This document shows, piece by piece, positions 58,301 to 64,000 of a stretch of DNA of 64,000 nucleotides (position 1 is its first letter; every line of letters starts with the position of its first letter). The notes below the pieces were generated by a model. That model was given only the letters and a program-made list of their open reading frames with translations, was not told the origin of the DNA and made no database searches. The stretch lies in sequence record NC_042056.1, one strand, 5' to 3'. A program made the translations under genes and the position numbers.

Positions 58301-58353
58301 AAAAAAGAATAGGCACCTACCCCCAAAAGGAGTAGGTGCCGTTCTTTTATTTT
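58301..58353. terminator. Bidirectional intrinsic terminator
   Basis: GGCACCTACCC…GGAGTAGGTGCC (58312-58340) flanked by A and T tracts. Confidence 0.8.
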
Positions 58354-59733
58354 TTAGCTTGCGATTGCGCGCACGAGGAAGTAAAGCAGTAACGCATTAC
58401 GCACGGCAGCCAGTGCCGCGGTATGGGTCAGGTGGGTCTCCTTCTTCACCAGTTTCTCTAAGCGGTCACGCAACGACAGGACGTATTCGTTGGTGGACTT
58501 TGAGGACTGGTAGAGCGCGCGCATCCGGTTCAACAAGAACGCCACGTCTTTGAAGTTGATGCGGTTGGTCACAATCAAATCAAAGGCATGGGCCAGCGCA
58601 TCGTTCATGATACTTTCGACTTCACTGCGCTGCTTCCCAAGAGGCAGAGAGGCAATGTAGAACAGCACCGTCTTCATGGCCACCGGGGAGGCTTTCGGCA
58701 CCATCTCGAGGGCCACGCGTGCTAACTCTTCTTTGTAGAAGTTGTTGATGTCGTACGAGGAGTCAATCAACGTTTGCTTGGCGGTGTTCAGTGCGGTGAC
58801 TTTGTCGCGGATAATCGACTCGCCATCCAAATCAATACGGGACGATTGACTCAGCACACGGGCGTTAGAGCGGCGTACCGCATCCAGTACCGCGTAGTAG
58901 TCCTTCACCGTCTGTTTGGTACGGGTGTTCAAGTCCGTGATAAAACGGATGAGCAGATCGGGGTGGTTGAACGCCTTCACTTCGTTGTAGTGCGGGCACT
59001 CCTTCGACACGAAGTATTCCGCACGATCGGTCATGTGCAGCCCCCAGTTCCCCATGCGACGAATATCGAATTTCAACGACAGCATGGAGTACGCCGCTTC
59101 GGCGGCCGGAAGGTCAACCGGCTTCGGGAAGAAGTGGTAGTAGATACTCGAGTAGAATTTGAACTGGAGCAACTTCACCAAATCCACCGCTGCGCCGTAA
59201 ATCTCTTTGTCGGAGAATTTCGGGTACATGGCGTGAATCATGTAGGCGATGGTCAAGTTGAAGGTGTTACCCGCAACAGCCCAATCCGCGTTAATGGTTT
59301 TGGTTTGGGCAATCTCGGCTTCCAGTAAGTCTTCGTCCACCTCAAGCACTTCATCGAACAGGCGATTACGGTCACTGTCGTAGAAACGGATGGTGTGCAC
59401 CCCAAGGAGGTTGGAGCCAAACCATTCCACGTTCCCCTCGCGGTTGAACACACCGGAAACGTACAGGCGAATTTTGGTGGCCAAACGACGGTCAATGGTC
59501 ACGTTCTTAAACACGCCATCGAACGCCTTGCGCAGGGCTTCGGTCTTGACGGCCTCTGAGGCCACAAGCTGGCCAGCGGGGATATACCCGCCTAAACCGT
59601 AGTCGTAAATCAACCCGTTATCCAGAGGAATGTCCCACTCATCTGGAATGCGATTACGAGACGATTCGCCGACCGCTAACTCTTTTCCATCACGATAGCA
59701 ACCCGTCGTGAAGTCAAAAACAAGCTCGGACAT
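58354..59733 (-). CDS. Probable virion structural protein
   Basis: 459-aa helical ORF convergent on terL, GAGG RBS; the virion role is inferred from position. Confidence 0.72.
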   Translation of the reverse strand: MSELVFDFTTGCYRDGKELAVGESSRNRIPDEWDIPLDNGLIYDYGLGGYIPAGQLVASEAVKTEALRKAFDGVFKNVTIDRRLATKIRLYVSGVFNREGNVEWFGSNLLGVHTIRFYDSDRNRLFDEVLEVDEDLLEAEIAQTKTINADWAVAGNTFNLTIAYMIHAMYPKFSDKEIYGAAVDLVKLLQFKFYSSIYYHFFPKPVDLPAAEAAYSMLSLKFDIRRMGNWGLHMTDRAEYFVSKECPHYNEVKAFNHPDLLIRFITDLNTRTKQTVKDYYAVLDAVRRSNARVLSQSSRIDLDGESIIRDKVTALNTAKQTLIDSSYDINNFYKEELARVALEMVPKASPVAMKTVLFYIASLPLGKQRSEVESIMNDALAHAFDLIVTNRINFKDVAFLLNRMRALYQSSKSTNEYVLSLRDRLEKLVKKETHLTHTAALAAVRNALLLYFLVRAIAS

Positions 59734-59755
59734 AACGATTCCTCTAAATTTTTAC

Positions 59756-59777
59756 GGATAGATATTATCATTTTGAT
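59756..59777 (+). promoter_or_regulatory. Candidate early promoter, copy 4
   Basis: GGATAGATATTATCATTTTGAT. Confidence 0.58.
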
Positions 59778-59801
59778 AATACCATAAGGAGTTTTTAAAC
59801 C

Positions 59802-60932
59802 ATGAAGAAATTACTCAGAAAACAAGACTGGAATCATAAGTACCATTCCCCGGAGTTCGACAAGTCCACACCAGTGGTTGTCTGGAAACTCGACCACGGT
59901 TGTCTGTGCACCTTGCGCAACGTGGGTGGGATGGTCGTAATTGAAAATGGCACCTATTCTGCCGCCAACACCCTACTGGCTCGCTTGCTGGCCGAAGCGG
60001 GTATCACTGGGGACATCACCATTCATACCACGGCACTGATTCCACAGAACGTGTCTCGTTGGTTGACGTGGTGGTTGTCAACGGAGCCGGAAGAGGATGA
60101 CCCGCATCTGCGGACACTCACCGTTTCAACAATGGGGCAGATTCCCACAAAGAAACTGCCATTCCAAGTAAACGTAATTAAACCCGCGACAATGGCAGCC
60201 TACGAAGTCCTCGACTACGTACGCCAAAGTTCTCGCAACCCCTCTGTCTCACAATTCCTTGTGGAACACGGGGAACAGGTATACCGTCTGGAACCAGAAC
60301 GTCGGACGGAGGCAAAGATTGTAGACTGTACGTCACGCGGATATGTTTTACGTACCCAGTCCAATCACGTCTTCTTAACGAATATGGTCTCGAGACGGAT
60401 ACAGGCGCAACTCAAGGCTAAGAACTTGAGGCCCGAAAACCTCATCGGTGCCACCGTGAGGGTAGAGTACACAATGTTTACCGACGGGAACCGTCTGTGT
60501 AACTATAAGTCACCCATTGTGTATCGCTGTACCGATTTGGACACATTGTGTCCAGATGCCATCCCCCCATACGATGGTCCCTTCATGTTCATTAGTAACC
60601 AGCCATCCAACAACGCGCTGTTAACAGCCACCAGATGTGGACGGGCGAGGATTACACAAAACGGGGATTCTATCATTGGGTGCGATGGGGAGTCCGAACT
60701 GCAACTGTTCCGCTTCACCAGGGGCGTCGAGGACGGCTGCTATGCAGCTACCCTTGAGCGACAAGGGCAGTCGGAGGATTGGCGCTTTGAATCTGATTTG
60801 GCTACAGACGCACTCGATCCGGATGCGTTCGTACGTTGTGTGGAAAACCACCTTTACCACACAACAGGGTATCGCCTACAGGGAATCAGACTCAAATACG
60901 TTGATAGGACAAACACCCCAACGATGACATAG
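59802..60932 (+). CDS. Hypothetical protein, possibly a degenerate ATP-dependent DNA ligase fold
   Basis: VVWKLDHG (KxDG-like) and OB-fold-like RLEPERRTEAKIV…LIGATVRVEY..FT.G. ORF confident, fold tentative. Confidence 0.6.
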   Translation: MKKLLRKQDWNHKYHSPEFDKSTPVVVWKLDHGCLCTLRNVGGMVVIENGTYSAANTLLARLLAEAGITGDITIHTTALIPQNVSRWLTWWLSTEPEEDDPHLRTLTVSTMGQIPTKKLPFQVNVIKPATMAAYEVLDYVRQSSRNPSVSQFLVEHGEQVYRLEPERRTEAKIVDCTSRGYVLRTQSNHVFLTNMVSRRIQAQLKAKNLRPENLIGATVRVEYTMFTDGNRLCNYKSPIVYRCTDLDTLCPDAIPPYDGPFMFISNQPSNNALLTATRCGRARITQNGDSIIGCDGESELQLFRFTRGVEDGCYAATLERQGQSEDWRFESDLATDALDPDAFVRCVENHLYHTTGYRLQGIRLKYVDRTNTPTMT

Positions 60933-60943
60933 GAGTAAACGCT

Positions 60944-61465
60944 ATGCTTGCTACACCTACCTGTACTGCCCAAAACGTAAACGGTCTGCGTGTAGTTTGC
61001 CAGGATAATAGACTGGCAAATCTGTGTGATGAAGGTATCATCACCGCCATGATTAACTACAACCCATTGGGAGACTACGGTCGCCGCAACCCCACCGAAC
61101 TGCTGTCTATCGCAGCGGTAATTAAGCGCATCTTCGGGAGCCTCACGGTTGCTGAATTTAGTCGTTTCATCGACAGCCGAGAAGACATCTCGGTCGGTTT
61201 CTTAGCCCTGCTGCAAGACGGTGCAGCCTCATTTGAAATGGGCTTAGGTAACTTCCTTGACTTTGAGTCAGGATTCGAAAACGGGGTGTTCTTCGTAAGT
61301 CGAGACCGCTACAATGGCGTTTGGAACTATCTGGCTAGATCAGGCGTCAACGTTCCGCCCAGTATCCGCAATATGCAGCTGTATGATGTCAACATCTTCG
61401 GAGAACCGGGGTTGTGGATCAAACCTGTCTATCTAGGAACTGACGGTTCTAGTATCCGTTCGTAA
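60944..61465 (+). CDS. Hypothetical protein
   Basis: 173 aa, AGGAG RBS. Confidence 0.78.
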   Translation: MLATPTCTAQNVNGLRVVCQDNRLANLCDEGIITAMINYNPLGDYGRRNPTELLSIAAVIKRIFGSLTVAEFSRFIDSREDISVGFLALLQDGAASFEMGLGNFLDFESGFENGVFFVSRDRYNGVWNYLARSGVNVPPSIRNMQLYDVNIFGEPGLWIKPVYLGTDGSSIRS

Positions 61466-61470
61466 CGTGT

Positions 61471-61507
61471 GACTGTGCTGCCTTCGGGTGGCACAGTCAA
61501 TTTTTTG
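61471..61507 (+). terminator. Intrinsic terminator
   Basis: GACTGTGCTGCC-TTCG-GGTGGCACAGTC followed by a T-tract. Confidence 0.85.
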
Positions 61508-61530
61508 TTTGTTTGATTAAAAAATATTTC

Positions 61531-61552
61531 AGATATATATTACCTTAGTGAG
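61531..61552 (+). promoter_or_regulatory. Candidate early promoter, copy 5
   Basis: AGATATATATTACCTTAGTGAG; contains the exact TATATTAC. Confidence 0.72.
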
Positions 61553-61601
61553 ATTGGCCTATCAATCTTAACTCAACCTATTGACTATCGAGGAATTAAC
61601 T

Positions 61602-62225
61602 ATGTTCAACTTCACTAAAGTAGCCGCCCTGTCTTCTCAGAACCTGAACCTGTCCGTTGAAGAGAATGAAATGATTCGCTTCATCGAGCAAACCGCGAAG
61701 AGTGTTCCGGTATTCGATTTCTACGTGTCTGGCGAGACCGCTATCGCGTTAACGGTAGAAAACAATACCGTGACCTTGGTCTGGGGTAAAGAGTTCACTC
61801 TGGAGCTTCTGGAGGACTTTGTGCGCCATACCTACCCAAGCATGAAAAACTTCTTGGTGTACCTGAAACAAGAAATCCCATGCCCGACCGGTTGGAAACA
61901 AACTTCCGTGTGCTTCACGCTGGTCAATCCCGCAGGCCACATCGGCGATTACACCGCTACTGATTTGGGTAACGGTTTCATGAACATCCAAACACGCTAC
62001 GGTGCAGCAGTCATCGGAGTAGCCGGTGCGGCGGGTACGCTGATTCTGTCTGATGAGCCATGCAGTGCACAGACGTGGGGCTTGATGTATGACATCGCTG
62101 GGAACTTTGCGAAAGAGGGTCGCCCGTTTACCGTACAGTCTACCACGCCGAAGTGGAATGAGTCCCTGTATCAAAACAGCGACTTCGAATTCCGTTCGCA
62201 GTCGATTTCAAAAACGTATGCCTAA
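61602..62225 (+). CDS. Hypothetical protein
   Basis: GAGGA RBS supports ATG61602; 207 aa. Confidence 0.78.
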   Translation: MFNFTKVAALSSQNLNLSVEENEMIRFIEQTAKSVPVFDFYVSGETAIALTVENNTVTLVWGKEFTLELLEDFVRHTYPSMKNFLVYLKQEIPCPTGWKQTSVCFTLVNPAGHIGDYTATDLGNGFMNIQTRYGAAVIGVAGAAGTLILSDEPCSAQTWGLMYDIAGNFAKEGRPFTVQSTTPKWNESLYQNSDFEFRSQSISKTYA

Positions 62226-62234
62226 TCAAAAACG

Positions 62235-62260
62235 GGGAGCTTCGGCTCCCTATTTTTTTT
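62235..62260 (+). terminator. Intrinsic terminator
   Basis: GGGAGC-TTCG-GCTCCC followed by a long T-tract. Confidence 0.88.
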
Positions 62261-63360
62261 GTTTTTTTGTGGCCCCATGCTGATACCCAATGCAAAATTG
62301 TACACTTTTTAACCATGGGGTAAATTCGCTCTGAATGCGTTTCTGAGATGGGGTGCATCTGACCCAGTACACTTGGGTTCCCAATACCCCATTCGTGCAG
62401 CAGGGAATCGTACAGCGCGAAATTGGGCGGGTTGCAAACCGGTTTCCGGGTGTGGGGTCGGCTGCGCGACCGCCGATGCCGATCACACGTTGGGGTGCGC
62501 TTGCGCGTTTTCAGGATCTAATTCAGGAATTCAGGACAAACGAATCTTCGTGAGTTTGGCTGAATTTGGTTGTTTTTTAACCGCTTACTCTCCCCGGCCT
62601 TTAGCCGGGATCGAGATTAGTTCAATTTAAAAATTTTTGTTTTAAAAACAAGCACTTGGGTTATATCCTACCCCCGATCCTGAACCCCCTCTGGGGTTCA
62701 GTTAAAAAGTCCTTTCATTATACGCGTGCACGCGCACGCCATTTCCTACAGGATCTTTTAAAAGAATTAATAATATTATTAAATATATATATCCCGTAGG
62801 GATAATATTAATAATTTAAATATATATAAACCCTACGGGTTTTAAATAACTAACGCGCGTGATCCTTATTACGAGATCTAATCCGGGAACCGGGGATCGG
62901 GGGAAAGTCGATTTACAAGTTTTCCCAGTTCTATGCACGACGAACCAAACGCTTGCCCAGACATCCCTGGGCCTTTTTCGAGAATCCACGATGCGGGTTC
63001 TGGACAAAGCCAGCGGGACAGCCTAACACTTCCCAACGCGTTTCAGGTTTCGGTCAGAGACTCGGACTTCGCATTCCGACGAGACCGGTACCGTGGTAGC
63101 CCCACGGGAGACTCACCGCTTTCGGGCCGTCACCCGATACGATGCCATGGAACTTACCCGTGGTCTGCGCGTGAACTCTCCCTGGGGTGTGGCCAAATTC
63201 GAATTCGGCTTGCGGCCGATACCCGTACACGGTTTAGCCCCGTGTACACCGGAGAACCTTCCGACAGGAGTGTGATCCAAATCTTGGCGGCTCGGAAAGA
63301 CGAGAGGGGGATGCCCCCACGCTGTGAAGCGCCGGGGCGTCGCTGAATTAAATTCTAACC
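62261..63360. other. Long gene-poor region with AT-rich core, palindromes and GATC cluster (origin-like)
   Basis: No ORF with a convincing RBS in an otherwise densely coding genome; near-pure A/T core at ~62756-62850; 8 GATC in 62481-62898. Confidence 0.5.
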
Positions 63361-63372
63361 AGGAGTGTGACC

Positions 63373-63753
63373 ATGACCGACGTAACGTTCGAAAGTCTTG
63401 CCCCAACCCGGATGCCTGACCCGGTGACCTTCCCCCGCGATGGGTCGATGGTACCAGCTGCCGATGTGGTGGCTTGGTTACGCACCGGTTGTCCGACCAC
63501 GCACTGCCTGACTGCTGCTCTGCTCGAAAAACATTTCGAGTCGATTGCGTTTCAGCCGTTCCCCAACTCGCTGGCCATGGCTGCGGTTGGTAAACTCAAA
63601 CCGGAGAGCGGTGGTTATCACCTGCCGGTCTGTGTGAACACGCCGTACTCCCACGCAGAACTTGCGGTGGTCGGTGAGTTAGTCCGTACCGAAGCCCGAC
63701 TGCGTCACCCGAACTTCGGTAACTTCTCCACGGTACCCGGTTGGGAAAAATAA
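63373..63753 (+). CDS. Hypothetical protein
   Basis: AGGAG RBS supports ATG63373; 126 aa. Confidence 0.72.
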   Translation: MTDVTFESLAPTRMPDPVTFPRDGSMVPAADVVAWLRTGCPTTHCLTAALLEKHFESIAFQPFPNSLAMAAVGKLKPESGGYHLPVCVNTPYSHAELAVVGELVRTEARLRHPNFGNFSTVPGWEK

Positions 63754-63809
63754 TATTTTTTACAAACTTGGGTGTTCCTGTGTTCAGACCACAGCACCGG
63801 AGAAAAACC

Positions 63810-63989
63810 ATGACACCAGAACAACGTCGTCGTCGTGACGAGGAAGAACGCCGCCGTCGCCAATCTGCACAGCGCGGTAGCACGCCGGGTTACATTCCGG
63901 TCGATGATTCGCCGTACTACGGCGGAAACGATTCGCCATCGGGTTGCGATACCGGCTCAGACAGTGGCGGCTCTTGCGGCTGTGACTAA
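63810..63989 (+). CDS. Small Arg-rich / Gly-Ser-Cys-tailed protein
   Basis: GGAGA RBS supports ATG63810; MTPEQRRRRDEEERRRRQ…SGCDTGSDSGGSCGCD. Confidence 0.65.
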   Translation: MTPEQRRRRDEEERRRRQSAQRGSTPGYIPVDDSPYYGGNDSPSGCDTGSDSGGSCGCD

Positions 63990-64000
63990 GCGAGGTTAGC

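Noticed and set aside
62250-63346. Track ORFs in the origin-like region (62353-62553, 62373-62630, 62933-63346 and others)
   Set aside because: No convincing RBS and atypical composition; they overlap palindromic non-coding features. A small ORF ending at 63275 cannot be fully excluded.
1-64000. tRNA genes, CRISPR arrays, IS elements or integrase
   Set aside because: No cloverleaf with a T-loop consensus, no regularly spaced repeat-spacer array and no transposase or integrase motifs were seen by eye; tRNAscan-SE would be needed for certainty.
1-64000. Alternative genetic code or stop-codon reassignment
   Set aside because: Conserved genes are full length under the standard code, and coding density is already high.

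Overview
This window is a 64-kb segment of a phiKZ-related jumbo phage genome (Chimalliviridae-type, most like the enterobacterial SPN3US group). The assignment rests on protein motifs and gene order recalled from knowledge, not on a database search. Core genes: four split virion RNA polymerase subunits (beta-C, beta'-N with the NGDYDGD catalytic loop, beta-N, probable beta'-C), a 2.4-kaa tape measure with a lytic transglycosylase domain, prohead protease, tail tube and sheath, terminase large subunit, RecA/UvsX, RNase HI, a DEDDh exonuclease, thymidylate synthase and a two-component spanin pair. Accessory blocks of hypothetical and nucleotide-handling genes lie between them (NADAR-like, CYTH-like, two MazG paralogs, HAD nucleotidase, HD hydrolase). 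Five copies of an early-promoter-like motif and a family of related intrinsic terminators are present. No tRNA, CRISPR array, intron, intein or homing endonuclease was seen. Most notable: (1) a 54-aa stand-alone gene missing from the ORF track (22170-22334) whose C-terminus copies the redox-active tail of enterobacterial ribonucleotide reductase NrdA (…EDDNCAGGACKI versus E. coli …QDDGCESGACKI). It sits in a dNTP-metabolism cluster with thyA, an intact MazG and a catalytically stripped pseudo-MazG. (2) A CYTH-like enzyme with a putative head-protease propeptide. (3) A degenerate DNA-ligase-like gene. (4) A ~1.1-kb gene-poor region with an AT-rich core, twin tri-loop hairpins, a GATC cluster and repeated TGGGGT, suggestive of an origin.
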